A stretch of 64,000 bases of DNA from Betaproteobacteria bacterium. GTDB lineage: Bacteria > Pseudomonadota > Gammaproteobacteria > Burkholderiales > SG8-39. Below, piece after piece: positions 40,808 to 52,515 of this stretch (positions are counted from its first letter, which is position 1; each line of letters starts with the position of its first letter). The notes beneath the pieces were generated by a model. The model did not search any database, was not told the DNA's origin, and saw nothing but the letters and a program-made list of their open reading frames with translations. Made by a program: the position numbers and the translations under genes. The DNA lies in assembly GCA_004298385.1 (NCBI GenBank), contig SCTX01000106.1, forward strand, positions 12 to 64,011, read 5' to 3'.

Positions 40808-42244
40808 ATGAACTCGCGCGCCAAAGCCGCGTTCCTTGCGTTGCCTGTGCTGCTCCTGCTCGCCGACTGCGCGCAGAACCCGGTGACGGGCAAGCAGGAC
40901 TTCGTCATGATGAGCGAGTCGCAGGAACTGTCCCTCGGCCTCAAGGCCGACCAGGACGTGAAACGCCAATACCTGCTCTACGATCATCACGGACTCGCCA
41001 AGTACGTGGACGAGGTCGGCCAGCGCCTCGCGCGGCAGAGCCATCGCAACACCCTCGACTACCGGTTCACCGTGGTCGACAGCGCCGAGATCAACGCGTT
41101 TGCGCTGCCTGGAGGGCATGTCTACATCACCCGCGGCATTCTCGCCTACCTCAACTCCGAGGCGGAACTCGCCGCGGTGCTGGGACACGAGATCGGTCAC
41201 GTCACCGCGCGCCACAGCGTGCGCCAGATCAGCGCGGCGCAGGGCGCCGACATCGCCCTTTCGGTCGCCGCAATTCTCAGCCCGGCGTTGCGCGGCGAAG
41301 GCGTGAAGAACATCACCAATCTGCTCGGCACTGCGCTGCTCTCCGGCTACGGCCGCGAGCACGAACTCGAGGCCGACCATCTGGGCGCCGAGTACCTGTC
41401 GCGCGTGGGCTACGATACCCAGGCGATGATCCGCGTCGTCGGCGCGCTGAAGAACCAGGAACTGTTCGACGCCGAAGCCGCGAAGCAGGAAGGCCGCACG
41501 CCGCGCGCCTATCACGGCCTGTTCGCCTCGCACCCGGACAACGACACGCGCCTGAAACAGGTCGTCGCCGATGCATCGCATTACGGCGGCGGCAAGCGCG
41601 ACGACGGCCGCGCCGCGTACCTGGCCAAAACCAGCGGCATGGTCTACGGCGATAACGCCCACCAGGGCGTGATCCGCGCCGGCTACTTCTACCACGAGAC
41701 GCTCGGCGTAGCGTTCAAGCTGCCGCAAGGATGGCGCGCCGCCAACCTGCCGGACAAACTGATCGTGACCGGACCGGGCGACGAGGCGCGCCTCGAATTG
41801 ACCGGGCAAAAAAAACCGGCCGCGACTCCGCAGGAGTACCTGCGCCGCACGCTGCGCATCGCCGCCGGCGATATCGACATCTCGCCGGTCAACGGCCTGC
41901 CGGCCGCCACCCTGGTGACGCGCGACCGTTTCCACGCGGTGATCTATCTGGGTGACGAGGCCTACCTCTTCGCCGGCGCGGCGCGCTCGCCGGAACTCAT
42001 GTCCAAGCATCGGGAGACACTGCGCGCCAGCGTCCGGTCCTTTCATGCGATGACCGACGCCGAACGCAAGCTTGCGCGCCCGCTCGTGATCAAACTCATC
42101 ACCGCCGATGCCGGCACGCGCTTTGCCGACCTTGCGCGGGTCTCGCCGCTGGGCCGCAACGCGGAAGGCCATTTGCGCCTGATCAATGCGATGTACCCTG
42201 CGGGCGAGCCCAAGCCCGGGCAGGCCATCAAGGTGATCGAATAG
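40808..42244 (+). CDS. M48-family (BepA/LoiP-like) zinc metalloprotease
   Basis: INAFALPGG, HEIGH, HELEAD, ASHP. Confidence 0.9.
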   Translation: MNSRAKAAFLALPVLLLLADCAQNPVTGKQDFVMMSESQELSLGLKADQDVKRQYLLYDHHGLAKYVDEVGQRLARQSHRNTLDYRFTVVDSAEINAFALPGGHVYITRGILAYLNSEAELAAVLGHEIGHVTARHSVRQISAAQGADIALSVAAILSPALRGEGVKNITNLLGTALLSGYGREHELEADHLGAEYLSRVGYDTQAMIRVVGALKNQELFDAEAAKQEGRTPRAYHGLFASHPDNDTRLKQVVADASHYGGGKRDDGRAAYLAKTSGMVYGDNAHQGVIRAGYFYHETLGVAFKLPQGWRAANLPDKLIVTGPGDEARLELTGQKKPAATPQEYLRRTLRIAAGDIDISPVNGLPAATLVTRDRFHAVIYLGDEAYLFAGAARSPELMSKHRETLRASVRSFHAMTDAERKLARPLVIKLITADAGTRFADLARVSPLGRNAEGHLRLINAMYPAGEPKPGQAIKVIE

Positions 42245-43908
42245 TGGCCGGCGCGCGCATCGCGCTGCCGCTTGCGGGTATCCCGCTGCTGATTCTGGTT
42301 GCGATCTGGCTGCTGCCCGGCCTGATCGGTCACGATCCGTGGAAGAACGACGATGCCATCGGCATCGGCATCGCACACCAGTTTGCGAGCCACGGCGATT
42401 GGTTGCTGCCGCGGCTCTCAGGCGAGCACTATGCCGAGGACGGCCCGCTGTTCTACTGGATCGCGGCGGCGTTCGCCAAACTGCTGGGCTGGCTCGTCGC
42501 GCCGCACGATGCCGCGCGCCTCGCGGGCGGCGCCTGCATTGCCTTGGCGCTCGTATTCGTGCGCCTCGCGGGACGCGCGTTTCAGCAAGGCGAGGCGCGC
42601 AGCAGCGACCAGCGCGAGCAGCGCGGCCGCGGCGACGCCGTCATGCTCCTGTTCATCGGTTGCACCGGCTTGCTGCTGCACGCGCACGAGACCATCAGCG
42701 ACACCGCGCTGCTCGCCGGCCTCGCCTGCGCCTATTACGGCGCCGCACTGGTCGAGCGGCGCCCCTATGCGGCAGGCATCGCCATCGGCTGCGGACTGGG
42801 CTCGGCATTTCTCGCCACGGCGTTTGCGCCGATCCTGCCCCTGCTGTTCGCCCTGTTGGTGACGCCGCTGTTCGTGCCGGACTGGCGCAGCCGCAATGCC
42901 GCGCTCGCGCTCGTTTGCGCGCTGGTGGTGCTGCTGCCCTGGCTCGCGCTGTGGCCGGCGCTGCTTCACGCGCGCTCGCCCGCGCTGTTCGCGGCCTGGC
43001 TCTACCAGGCCAATCTGGCGGCATTCGCCCAGGAGCCGAGCCTCGCGGCATTCGGGTACATGCTGCAAACGCTATCCTGGTTTGCGTGGCCGGCGTGGCC
43101 GATCGCGCTGTGGGCGCTCTGGCTTTATCGCAGGAAGCCGATGTCTGCCGGCGTGGTGCTGCCGCTCGCCGCCCTCGTCGCCGGGCTGGGACTGGCCGCG
43201 TTGGCGCGCGCGCACGGCGAGTTGCCCTTGTTGCCGCTGCTGTTGCCGCTCGCACTGCTCGGCGCGCCGGTGCTCGACGATTTGCGCCGCGGCGCGGCCA
43301 ACGCGCTCGCCTGGTTCGGCGCCATGACCTTCAGCCTGCTCGGCGGCCTGATCTGGCTTGGCTATTGCGCGCTGCAAACCGGCTTTCCGCCACGCATCGC
43401 CGCCAACGCAATACGGCTCGAGCCCGGTTTCGTGTCGCAGTTTGCCTGGCTGCCGTTCCTTGCCGCGATCGCGCTGACGCTTGCCTGGGTCGCGCTGCTT
43501 GCGCGCAGCCAGCATTCGCCGCAGCGCAGCGTCACCTTCTGGGCGGCGGGCCTCGCGCTGTTCTGGGCGCTGACCATGCTGCTGTGGCTGCCGTGGATCG
43601 ATTACGGCAAGAGCTACGCCAGGGTGGCGCGAATGCTGCACGCGAGCCTGCCCAAACAGCCGGGCTGTATTGCGAGCCTGGGCCTGGGCGAGGCGCAGCG
43701 CGCCGCCTTCGATTACCATGCGGGCATTGTCACCGTGCGCGCCGAACTGCGCCCGCGGCATGATTGCCGCCTGCTACTCGTGCAAAGCAATGCGCGGCAG
43801 CCCGAGGCGAGCTGGGGGGAAGCCTGGAAGAAACTCTGGGAAGGCAACCGCGTCGGCGACCGCAGCGAAAAATTTCGCCTCTATGCGAAAGAAAGAACAA
43901 CGCCATGA
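42244..43908 (+). CDS. ArnT/PMT-like membrane glycosyltransferase
   Basis: GLIGHDPWK.DD, many TM helices, PWIDYGKSY. Confidence 0.8.
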   Translation: MAGARIALPLAGIPLLILVAIWLLPGLIGHDPWKNDDAIGIGIAHQFASHGDWLLPRLSGEHYAEDGPLFYWIAAAFAKLLGWLVAPHDAARLAGGACIALALVFVRLAGRAFQQGEARSSDQREQRGRGDAVMLLFIGCTGLLLHAHETISDTALLAGLACAYYGAALVERRPYAAGIAIGCGLGSAFLATAFAPILPLLFALLVTPLFVPDWRSRNAALALVCALVVLLPWLALWPALLHARSPALFAAWLYQANLAAFAQEPSLAAFGYMLQTLSWFAWPAWPIALWALWLYRRKPMSAGVVLPLAALVAGLGLAALARAHGELPLLPLLLPLALLGAPVLDDLRRGAANALAWFGAMTFSLLGGLIWLGYCALQTGFPPRIAANAIRLEPGFVSQFAWLPFLAAIALTLAWVALLARSQHSPQRSVTFWAAGLALFWALTMLLWLPWIDYGKSYARVARMLHASLPKQPGCIASLGLGEAQRAAFDYHAGIVTVRAELRPRHDCRLLLVQSNARQPEASWGEAWKKLWEGNRVGDRSEKFRLYAKERTTP

Positions 43909-45455
43909 GCAAACTCACGCGTAGCCACGCCTGGAAGGCGCTGCAAGCGCACCAGGCCGAAATGGCGGGCGTGCACCTGCGCGAGCTGTTCGCGCGCCAA
44001 CCCGGGCGCGCGCGCGAGTTTTCGCTCGAGGCCGGCGCGCTGCTGCTCGATTACTCCAAGCACCGCGTGACCGATGCCACGCTGGCCCTGCTCGTCGATC
44101 TGGCGCGGCAGGCCGGGGTCGAGGCCTGGCGCGCGCGCATGTTCGCAGGCGAGCACATCAACGCGAGCGAAGACCGCGCCGTGCTGCACGTGGCGCTGCG
44201 CTCCGCGCTCGACGCCTTTCCCGCGCGTGGCGATGTCATGCCCCTGGTGCGCAAAGCGAAAGAGGACATGCGCGCGTTCAGCGAGGCGGTGCGCGGCGGG
44301 CGCCTGCTGGGCAATGGCGGCAAGCCGATGCGCACTGTGGTCAACATCGGCATCGGCGGTTCCGATCTCGGCCCGCGCATGCTGACGCAGGCGCTGTGGC
44401 GCCACGCGGATGCGCCGCAGTCGGTCGCTTTCGTCGCCAACGCGGACCCCGGCGATCTCGCGCGCGTGCTCGCGCAGGCGCAGCCGGAAACGACGCTGTT
44501 CATCATCGCCTCGAAGACTTTCACCACCGTCGAGACCCTGGGCAATGCCCGTCTTGCGAAAGCCTGGCTCGTCCGCGCGCTGGGAAGCGAGACCGCGGCG
44601 ACATGGCATTTCGCCGCGGTCACCGCCAACACCGAGGCCGCAACCGCCTTCGGCATCGCCCGCGAGCGCTGCTTCCCGCTGTGGGACTGGGTCGGCGGGC
44701 GCTATTCGGTCTGGTCGTCCGTGGGACTGCCCGTGGCCATCGCCATCGGCATGGACCGGTTCGAACAACTGCTCGCCGGCGCGCGCGCCATGGACGAACA
44801 TTTCCTCACCGCGCCGCTCGACGCGAACATGCCGGTGCTGCTGGCGCTGCTCGGCATCTGGTACGCGAATTTCTTCGGCGCCGAAACTCACGCCGTTCTG
44901 CCTTACGCGGAAAGCCTGCGCGAGTTGCCGGCCTACCTGCAGCAACTGGAAATGGAATCCAACGGCAAGAGCGTCGATCGCGACGGGCAGCCGGTAGATT
45001 ACGCCACCGTGCCCGTGGTCTGGGGCGCGCCGGGCACCAACAGCCAGCACGCTTTCCATCAGATGCTGCATCAGGGCACGCACCTCGTGCCCTGCGATTT
45101 CCTGGCGCCGGCCGACACTGGCGCGGCGGCCGAGAACGCGCTGGCGCAGGCCGCCGCACTGATGGCGGGAAGGGAGGCGACCCTGCCGCAGCGGCGCTTC
45201 GATGGCAACCGGCCTACTTCCACACTCATGTTCAAGACCATCGACGCCTATACGATGGGACAAGTGCTCGCACTCTACGAGCACAAGGTGTTCGTGCAGG
45301 GCATCATCTGGAACCTCAACAGCTTCGACCAGTGGGGCGTGGAACTGGGCAAAGACATCGCGCGCGCGCTCGCGGCGCAGGCGGCCGGCAGCGTCCCCGG
45401 GCTGGACGCATCGACCAATGCCCTGCTCGCGCGCCTGCGCGAATGGCGCAGTTGA
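43905..45455 (+). CDS. pgi: Glucose-6-phosphate isomerase
   Basis: [46 protein letters not shown]. Confidence 0.96.
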   Translation: MSKLTRSHAWKALQAHQAEMAGVHLRELFARQPGRAREFSLEAGALLLDYSKHRVTDATLALLVDLARQAGVEAWRARMFAGEHINASEDRAVLHVALRSALDAFPARGDVMPLVRKAKEDMRAFSEAVRGGRLLGNGGKPMRTVVNIGIGGSDLGPRMLTQALWRHADAPQSVAFVANADPGDLARVLAQAQPETTLFIIASKTFTTVETLGNARLAKAWLVRALGSETAATWHFAAVTANTEAATAFGIARERCFPLWDWVGGRYSVWSSVGLPVAIAIGMDRFEQLLAGARAMDEHFLTAPLDANMPVLLALLGIWYANFFGAETHAVLPYAESLRELPAYLQQLEMESNGKSVDRDGQPVDYATVPVVWGAPGTNSQHAFHQMLHQGTHLVPCDFLAPADTGAAAENALAQAAALMAGREATLPQRRFDGNRPTSTLMFKTIDAYTMGQVLALYEHKVFVQGIIWNLNSFDQWGVELGKDIARALAAQAAGSVPGLDASTNALLARLREWRS

Positions 45456-45466
45456 TCCGGAGCCGC

Positions 45467-47623
45467 ATGGACACTCAAGTCAAGCCGATCTTCTCGTATC
45501 GCAAGCACTGGGCCGAGCGCTTCGGCATCGCCCCGTTCCTGCCGATGTCGCGGGAGGAAATGCAGACGCTCGGCTGGGACGCGTGCGACGTCATCATCGT
45601 CACCGGCGACGCCTACATCGATCATCCGAGTTTCGGCATGGCGCTTGTAGGGAGGCTGCTCGAGGCGCAGGGGTTCCGCGTCGGCATCATCAGCCAGCCC
45701 GACTGGCGCTCCGCCGCGGACTTCAGGCGACTGGGCAAGCCCAAGCTGTTTTTCGGCGTCACCGCCGGCAACATGGATTCGATGGTCAACCGCTATACCG
45801 CCGACCGCAGGATCCGGTCCACCGACGCCTACACCCCCGACGCCGCGCCGGACAAGCGTCCCGATCACGCGGTGACCGTTTACTCGCAGCGCTGCCGCGA
45901 AGCCTACCCCGATGCCGCGCTGGTGATCGGCAGCATCGAGGCGAGCCTGCGCCGCATCGCGCATTACGATTACTGGTCGGACACCATGCGGCGCTCGATC
46001 CTGCCCGATGCGAAGGCCGACCTGTTGCTCTTTGGGAATGCCGAGCGCGCGCTGGTGGAACTCGCGCACCGCCTGGCCCGCGGCGAGAACATCAAGGTGA
46101 TCCGCGACCTGCGCGGCAGCGCCTTCATGGTGCCGCGCGGCTGGCGACCCGAGGGCTGGACCGAGGCGGACTCCATCAGCGTGGATACGCCGGGGGCGAT
46201 CCATGCGCGTCCCGATCCGTACGCGATGGTGCAGACGCCGGCTCCTGCGGCCGCGGCAGCGGCGAGGACCCATACCCTCCGTTTCCAAAGCCGCGGCGAG
46301 CGCCTCGCTGCGCGTCAAGAAGAGCGCGCGCGCAGCGTCATTCGCTTGCCCTCGTACGAGCAAGTAAATGCGGACCCAGTGCTCGATGCGCACGCTTCGC
46401 GCACTTTTCACCTCGAATCGAACCCGGGCAATGCCCGCGCGCTGGTGCAGGCGCACGCCGATCGCGATGTCTGGCTCAATCCGCCGCCGCTGCCGCTTGC
46501 CACCGCCGAAATGGATCATGTCTACGGCCTGCCCTATGCGCGCGCGCCGCACCCTGTCTACGGTGACGCCAAAATTCCGGCCTGGGAAATGATCCGTTTT
46601 TCGGTGAACATCATGCGCGGCTGCTTCGGCGGCTGCACCTTCTGCTCGATCACGGAACACGAGGGACGCATCATCCAGAGCCGCTCGGAAGCATCCGTCC
46701 TGCACGAGATCGAGGAAATCCGCGACAAGACGCCCGGCTTCACCGGGGTGATTTCCGACCTGGGCGGGCCGACCGCCAACATGTACCGCATGGCGTGCAA
46801 GGATCCGGCGATCGAATCCGCCTGCCGCCGCCTGTCCTGCGTCTATCCCGGCATCTGCGAAAACCTCAACACCGACCACGCGCCACTCGTCGGGATCTAC
46901 CGCAAGGCGCGCGCGCTGCCCGGCATCAAGAAAGTGCTGATCAGCTCGGGCATCCGCTACGACCTCGCCGTGCGCTCGCCCGAATACGTGAAGGAACTCG
47001 CGACCCACCACGTTGGCGGCTATCTGAAGATCGCACCCGAACATATCGAAGACGGGCCGTTATCGAAAATGATGAAACCCGGAATCGGCAGCTACGACAA
47101 ATTCAAGGCGCTGTTCGACCGCTTCTCGCGCGAAGCAGGCAAGGAGCAGTACCTGATCCCCTACTTCATCGCCGCGCATCCGGGCACCTCTGACTCCGAC
47201 ATGCTCGCGCTGGCGCTCTGGCTCAAGCACAACGGCTTCCGCCTGGACCAGGTGCAGACCTTCCTGCCGACGCCGCTGGCGCTGGCGACGACCATGTACC
47301 ACACGGGCAAGAACCCGCTGCACAAGTTGTCGGCCACATCGGAACAAGTGAGCGTGGTCCGCGGCGCACGCCAGCGGCGGCTGCACAAGGCGTTCCTGCG
47401 CTATCACGACCCGGAGAACTGGCCGCTGCTGCGCGAGGCGCTCGCCCGCATGGGCCGCGCCGATCTCATCGGCAACGGCAAGAAACACCTGATTCCAACG
47501 TATCAACCGGCGGGGACCGGGAAGGTACCGCGGCGCGCGGGCAGGCGGCCACCCGTGAACCGCGTTGCGCCGGTAAAGCCCGGCGGCAAACCGAGTCGCT
47601 TTATACGCCGTACTGCTCCCTGA
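45467..47623 (+). CDS. ygiQ: YgiQ-family radical SAM protein
   Basis: [31 protein letters not shown]; ATG 45467. Confidence 0.93.
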   Translation: MDTQVKPIFSYRKHWAERFGIAPFLPMSREEMQTLGWDACDVIIVTGDAYIDHPSFGMALVGRLLEAQGFRVGIISQPDWRSAADFRRLGKPKLFFGVTAGNMDSMVNRYTADRRIRSTDAYTPDAAPDKRPDHAVTVYSQRCREAYPDAALVIGSIEASLRRIAHYDYWSDTMRRSILPDAKADLLLFGNAERALVELAHRLARGENIKVIRDLRGSAFMVPRGWRPEGWTEADSISVDTPGAIHARPDPYAMVQTPAPAAAAAARTHTLRFQSRGERLAARQEERARSVIRLPSYEQVNADPVLDAHASRTFHLESNPGNARALVQAHADRDVWLNPPPLPLATAEMDHVYGLPYARAPHPVYGDAKIPAWEMIRFSVNIMRGCFGGCTFCSITEHEGRIIQSRSEASVLHEIEEIRDKTPGFTGVISDLGGPTANMYRMACKDPAIESACRRLSCVYPGICENLNTDHAPLVGIYRKARALPGIKKVLISSGIRYDLAVRSPEYVKELATHHVGGYLKIAPEHIEDGPLSKMMKPGIGSYDKFKALFDRFSREAGKEQYLIPYFIAAHPGTSDSDMLALALWLKHNGFRLDQVQTFLPTPLALATTMYHTGKNPLHKLSATSEQVSVVRGARQRRLHKAFLRYHDPENWPLLREALARMGRADLIGNGKKHLIPTYQPAGTGKVPRRAGRRPPVNRVAPVKPGGKPSRFIRRTAP

Positions 47624-47809
47624 CCACGTCCGCTAGCCCCGCTTTCTGCGGCCGCTCCATCGGCGCCGGCAGGGTGACCGTGACCATGCCGGCGCGGCGG
47701 CCGATTTCGATGGCGACGGTCAGAGTGGCGCGGTTCGCCACTTCGACTTTCGCATAACCCAGCAACACGCTTAACAATAAGCTGCTCATCCAAAAAGAAC
47801 GGAATCTCC

Positions 47810-49003
47810 ATGCAACTACCGCTAGAAGGAATCAAGGTACTCGACCTGAGCCATGCGCTCGCCGGGCCGTTCTGCTCGACCATGCTGGCCGATTATGGCG
47901 CGCAGGTGATCAAGATCGAACCGCCCGGCCCGGGCGACATCGCCCGCGCCTGGGGCTCGCCGCTGCCGGGCGGGGAAACGGATTATTTTGTGAGCCTGCA
48001 TCGCAACAAGAAAGGCATCGTGCTCGATCTGAAGACCCTCCAGGGCAAGGAAACTTTCCTGCGCATGGTTGAGCGCTGCGACATTGTGCTTGAGAACTAC
48101 CGCGCCGGCGCGCTGGCGCGCCTGGGGCTAGCCTACGAAACGGCGCGCCTGCGCAATCCCGGCATCATCTACTGCTCGATTTCCGGATTCGGCCAGGACG
48201 GGCCGTACCGCGACCGTCCCGCGCTCGACCTGATTGTTCAAGCCGAGAGCGGCATGATCAGCGTGACCGGCGAAGCCGGCGGACACGGCGCCCGCGCCGG
48301 CGTTTCCATCGCCGACCTGACTGCCGGCATGAACGCCGCCTTCGGCGTTATGCTTGCGCTCAGAGCAAAGGAGAAAAGCGGGTTTGGACAGGCGATCGAC
48401 GTGTCGATGATGGAGGGCCAGCTCGCGCTGCTCGGCACCATGATCGCAAACTATTGCGCCAGCGGCGACATCCCCAGGCCCATGGGCACCGCGTACAAGG
48501 CCCTGCTGCCCTACCAGACGTTTCAAACCAAAACGCGGGATCTGGCGCTTGCCGTGGGCAGCGAGAAACTGTGGAAAATATTTTGTCCCGCGATCGGCTG
48601 CCCCGAACTTGCCGACGACCCGCGTTTTCGCGGCAATGGCGAGCGCAATCGAAACCGCGAAAGCCTGATCGCAAAGCTGCAACAGGTGTTCCTCACGCGG
48701 ACCTACGACGAGTGGGAAGCGCTTCTGAGCGCGAACGGCATTCCGGTCGGCGCCATCAACAACCTCGCCCAGGTGGTCGATCACCCGCAGGTGAAGTCGC
48801 GCGGCTCCATTGTCGAGATCGACCATCCGCGCGCGGGCGCGATGCGCGTCGTGGGCGTGCCGGTACGCCTGTCGGCGACACCGGGTTCATTGCGCACGCC
48901 CGCGCCGGCGCTGGGCGAGCACACCGACGAAGTGCTGCGCGAACTGCTGGGCTTGAGCGTTGCGGAAATCGGCGCGCTACGCGCGGCAGGCGCGCTGGGT
49001 TGA
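47810..49003 (+). CDS. CaiB/BaiF family III CoA-transferase
   Basis: LEGIKVLDL..AGP, RNKK...DLK, ISGFGQDGPY. Confidence 0.92.
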   Translation: MQLPLEGIKVLDLSHALAGPFCSTMLADYGAQVIKIEPPGPGDIARAWGSPLPGGETDYFVSLHRNKKGIVLDLKTLQGKETFLRMVERCDIVLENYRAGALARLGLAYETARLRNPGIIYCSISGFGQDGPYRDRPALDLIVQAESGMISVTGEAGGHGARAGVSIADLTAGMNAAFGVMLALRAKEKSGFGQAIDVSMMEGQLALLGTMIANYCASGDIPRPMGTAYKALLPYQTFQTKTRDLALAVGSEKLWKIFCPAIGCPELADDPRFRGNGERNRNRESLIAKLQQVFLTRTYDEWEALLSANGIPVGAINNLAQVVDHPQVKSRGSIVEIDHPRAGAMRVVGVPVRLSATPGSLRTPAPALGEHTDEVLRELLGLSVAEIGALRAAGALG

Positions 49004-49033
49004 CCCCGACCCGCGAGCGGGTTACTCGGCCGA

Positions 49034-49417
49034 TCAGTTATTCTTCGCGCCCTCGTTCACCCAGACCTTGAGCGTTTCGATGTCCTTGGCGGGGAGTTTT
49101 TCCCGGCCATGCGGCATCTGGATGGACGCATGCACGCGTCCTTCCACCAGCATATTGAGCGCGCTGGTCAAGGCATCGCCCGGCTTGACTAGTTGCCCGA
49201 ACTTGCCGCCTTTCATCAGACTTTGATAGCTCGTGGTATCCAGCCCGCTCGCCTCGAAGCCCTTCTGGCCCGGCGCGTGGCATTCAGTGCAGTTCTTGGC
49301 AAGAATCGGCTGTACGTCCTTGTTGTAGCTCACGCCTGCGGGCGCGCACGCGGCCACGGCAAGCAGCGCCAGCGCGGCGAGGGAACTTCTCGATACGGCT
49401 CCGAACCCGGCATTCAT
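49034..49417 (-). CDS. Monoheme c-type cytochrome lipoprotein (planctomycete cytochrome c-like)
   Basis: Lipobox VAAC, CTECH heme motif, QMP distal Met, WVNEGAKNN. Confidence 0.8.
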   Translation of the reverse strand: MNAGFGAVSRSSLAALALLAVAACAPAGVSYNKDVQPILAKNCTECHAPGQKGFEASGLDTTSYQSLMKGGKFGQLVKPGDALTSALNMLVEGRVHASIQMPHGREKLPAKDIETLKVWVNEGAKNN

Positions 49418-49591
49418 GACTGATCTCCTTAGCTGTTGCAGGGCGAGGGGAAACACCCCCTCATGCTCCCCTATCCTGACGTCGTTGCGGCAAATCCGAA
49501 ACGGCGTTTTTGCGCGTGATGTTGCGAATCTACCCCAGAGCAGGGCGACTGGCAACCAATGCGCCCCGGAATCCGCTTTCAAAATGAGCCC

Positions 49592-51910
49592 TCACTTGCT
49601 TTCCATCACCCACACACCGTTCCAGTCACCGCCCGGGGGATGCTCGCCGAGATAACGGCAACGCTCGACGTAGAGCTTGGCCGCCTTGTCCGCCGGGTTC
49701 ATAGCCATCACTTCCGAAAATTGCTTTACCGCATCGTTCCACTTGCCCTGGCGATACTTGACGAGCCCGTCGCGGAAATAGCCCAGCGCGTCGATCAGGC
49801 GCGGGTAGGTTTCGTCGGTATGGTAGTCGAGTATTTCGTGGATCGCGACCGGCTGGGTCTTGCCCTTGACCACCACCAGATCCACCTCGCGCGCGCGGTA
49901 GGTGCCGCGCAGCTTGGCATAGGTAAACTCGCTCACCAGAATGTGGGTGCCATACTGCTTGCACGCCGACTCCAGGCGCGATGCAAGGTTCACCCCGTCG
50001 CCGATGATGGTGTAGTCCATCCGTTTCTTCGAACCGATATTGCCCGACACCACCATGTCGGTATTCAGGCCGACGCCTATGTCGATCGGCATCTTGCCCT
50101 CGGCAACGCGCTGGACGTTCCATGCCTTCAACGCGCGCAGCATCGCGATCGCGGCGCGCACCGCCCGGTCCGCGTCGTCCTCGTGCCCGACGGGGATGCC
50201 GAAGGCGGCCATGATGGCGTCGCCGATGAACTTGTCGAGCATGCCCTCTTCATGCTGGATGCAGTCGACCATGAGGGTGAAATATTCGTTGATCAGGGCC
50301 ACGGTTCCCTGCGCGCCCAGTTGCTCGGTGATGGTGGTGAAGCCGCGAATATCGGAGAACAACACAGTTGCCAGCACGCTCTGGCCGCCGAGCAGCTCGG
50401 CGCCGCTCGCCACCAGCCGGTCGGCGATGCCCGGATCCATGTAGCGCGACATGGTCGATTTCATGCGCTTTTCGCTGCTGATGTCCTCGATCAGCAGCAT
50501 CGAGCCGAGGCGCTTCTTCTCCATGTTGAATAAGGGCAGGATAGTCACATTGGCCGAGACTTTTTCGTCGCCGACCGCGAGTTCCGCATCCATGAACATG
50601 TCGGCGGCTGCGGTTTCGTCGACCTGCTTCAGCCTTTCCAGGATCCAGTCGTTCGCGCCACCGAAGAACTCCGCCACTTGGCGCTGCAGGATCTGCTCCG
50701 GACTGACCTTCAGGATTTTCAGCCCGGCGGCGTTGCAGGTGGCGATCTTGCCGCCGTCGTCCAGCGTGACCACTGCGTTCGACATCGACTCCAGCATCGC
50801 CTCGTTGTAGTTTTTCATGTTGTGGACGTCGGCGAACAGCTTGGCGTTCTCCAGCGCGATCGAAATCTGCGCGGTGAAGGCGCGCAGGCGTGACTCGTCT
50901 TCGTTGGTGAACGGCCCGCCGTGCTTGTTCAGAACCTGGGTAACGCCGATGGTCTTGCCGTGCTTGTTGACGATGGGAACGCATAGAATGGAGCGTGTGA
51001 AAAAGCCGGTCTTCTTGTCGAACGCGGGATTGAAGCGCAGGTCGGCATAGGCGTAGGGAATGTTGATCGCCTTGCTGGTGGTAAACACCGCGCCCGCGAT
51101 GCCGAGGTGGTTGGGCAGCCGGATCTGCACCGACGCGAGCCCCTGTCCGACCTCCGACCACAGCTCGTGGGTCTTGTCGTCGTTGAGAAACAGGGTCGAG
51201 CGCTCGGCGTTGAGCATGCGCGTCGCCTCGCCCATCACCTTCTGCAGCAGCGAGCCGAGCTTGATGTCCGCGGTCATCTCCGACACCACATCGACGAACT
51301 CCATCTCCTGCTTGCGCACCGCCTTCATGCGCTCGATGAATACCGCGCCCTGCAGCGCCAGCGTTCCCTGGGTGGTCATCGCCTCGAGCACGGCGAGATC
51401 GCGCTTGGTGAAGTCGCCCTTCTTTTTGTTCAGGGTCTGCGCCACGCCGATGATTTCGCCTTTCACCGTCCTGATCGGCGTGCACAGGATGTTGCGGGTG
51501 ACAAACCCCGTCTGCTCGTCGACTGTGCGATTAAACCGCGGATCCGAATAGGCATCGGCAATCAGGACCGACTCCCCGGAAGTAAACACGTAGCCGGCGA
51601 TGCCGCTGGTGTTCAAAAGGCGAATCTCGTGCTTGATATTTCCCTGAGCCACGCGCGAATACAACTCGTTGGTTTCCGCGTCGTTGAGAAACAGGGTTCC
51701 ACGCTCGGCCTCGAGTTCCGCGGTCGTCATCTCGACCAGAATTCTCAGCACATCGTCGAGCGAGTCGTAGGCCGCCATTTTGCGCGACACCTCGAGCAGC
51801 AGCTCGACCAGCTTCAGCCGCCCGCGAACCGCCGTGCTTGCCTGCTTTTTCCGCTGCTTGCGCCGCCCGGCCAGGTGCGTGATTTCGGCAGTGTGTTTGG
51901 GTTGCTCCAT
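49592..51910 (-). CDS. GAF-GAF-PAS class III adenylate cyclase with C-terminal TPR-like tail
   Basis: Two GAF domains (AY.D.RFN...D..TGF.TR..LC.PI..LNK), PAS, LFSDIRGFT, DKFIGDAIMA, DYTIIGDGVNLASRLE. Confidence 0.92.
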   Translation of the reverse strand: MEQPKHTAEITHLAGRRKQRKKQASTAVRGRLKLVELLLEVSRKMAAYDSLDDVLRILVEMTTAELEAERGTLFLNDAETNELYSRVAQGNIKHEIRLLNTSGIAGYVFTSGESVLIADAYSDPRFNRTVDEQTGFVTRNILCTPIRTVKGEIIGVAQTLNKKKGDFTKRDLAVLEAMTTQGTLALQGAVFIERMKAVRKQEMEFVDVVSEMTADIKLGSLLQKVMGEATRMLNAERSTLFLNDDKTHELWSEVGQGLASVQIRLPNHLGIAGAVFTTSKAINIPYAYADLRFNPAFDKKTGFFTRSILCVPIVNKHGKTIGVTQVLNKHGGPFTNEDESRLRAFTAQISIALENAKLFADVHNMKNYNEAMLESMSNAVVTLDDGGKIATCNAAGLKILKVSPEQILQRQVAEFFGGANDWILERLKQVDETAAADMFMDAELAVGDEKVSANVTILPLFNMEKKRLGSMLLIEDISSEKRMKSTMSRYMDPGIADRLVASGAELLGGQSVLATVLFSDIRGFTTITEQLGAQGTVALINEYFTLMVDCIQHEEGMLDKFIGDAIMAAFGIPVGHEDDADRAVRAAIAMLRALKAWNVQRVAEGKMPIDIGVGLNTDMVVSGNIGSKKRMDYTIIGDGVNLASRLESACKQYGTHILVSEFTYAKLRGTYRAREVDLVVVKGKTQPVAIHEILDYHTDETYPRLIDALGYFRDGLVKYRQGKWNDAVKQFSEVMAMNPADKAAKLYVERCRYLGEHPPGGDWNGVWVMESK

Positions 51911-51915
51911 GGCGC

Positions 51916-52464
51916 CTACTTTACCCGATCGGCCGGCGCTGCCGGCAGTTGTTCGCGCAGCTCGCGCAGCGTCGCCTGCAGTTGTACGATTTCCGCGTGA
52001 TCCTGCGCGCGCGCCGCCGCAACCGCGCTCTGCTTCGCGAAATTTGCCAGTTCCAGCGCCTCGCGCAAGGAAGCCGCGGTCGAGCGCAATTGCGCGATTT
52101 CGTCCTGCGCGGCGATGATCGCCTGGCGCACGGCCGTCTCCTGCGCGAGGCGCGCCGCCTCCAAGGCATCGCGCAAGGCCCCGACGCTGGCTTTCAACTG
52201 CTTGATCTCGTCCAGATTGGCGGACTGGGCGAGCCTTGCGGCCTCGTCGCGCCTGATCGGCCACTCCTGCAGTTCCTCGCGCAGCGCGGTGATGGTCGCC
52301 TTCAACTGCGCGATTTCGGCGTTCGCCCCGGACACTGCCTGCCGCACCGCCTCGCCGGTATCGCGGCGCGCCTGTTCCAACTCCTCGCGTAGCGCGAACA
52401 CCGTCATCTTCAAATCGCGGATCTCGGCAAGATCGAGGGCGGTGGTTTCCGTTTCGGCGATCAT
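51916..52464 (-). CDS. Coiled-coil protein made of 36-aa tandem repeats
   Basis: Repeating EIxQL(K/R)xT...LRExL every 36 residues; ends 5 bp before the cyclase start. Confidence 0.75.
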   Translation of the reverse strand: MIAETETTALDLAEIRDLKMTVFALREELEQARRDTGEAVRQAVSGANAEIAQLKATITALREELQEWPIRRDEAARLAQSANLDEIKQLKASVGALRDALEAARLAQETAVRQAIIAAQDEIAQLRSTAASLREALELANFAKQSAVAAARAQDHAEIVQLQATLRELREQLPAAPADRVK

Positions 52465-52515
52465 AGAGCTATTCTAATACCGCGGCGCAGTTCGAGGAAC
52501 CTTGTTCGTTCTCGC

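Noticed and set aside
44396-45466. Apparent 1075-aa YgiQ fusion
   Set aside because: The extension is an alternative frame over pgi; YgiQ homology starts at 45467.
51911-52264. Frameshifted fusion of the coiled-coil gene and the cyclase
   Set aside because: The cyclase-frame extension is low-complexity off-frame sequence; the coil ORF has its own stop and the cyclase its own ATG; no slippery site seen.
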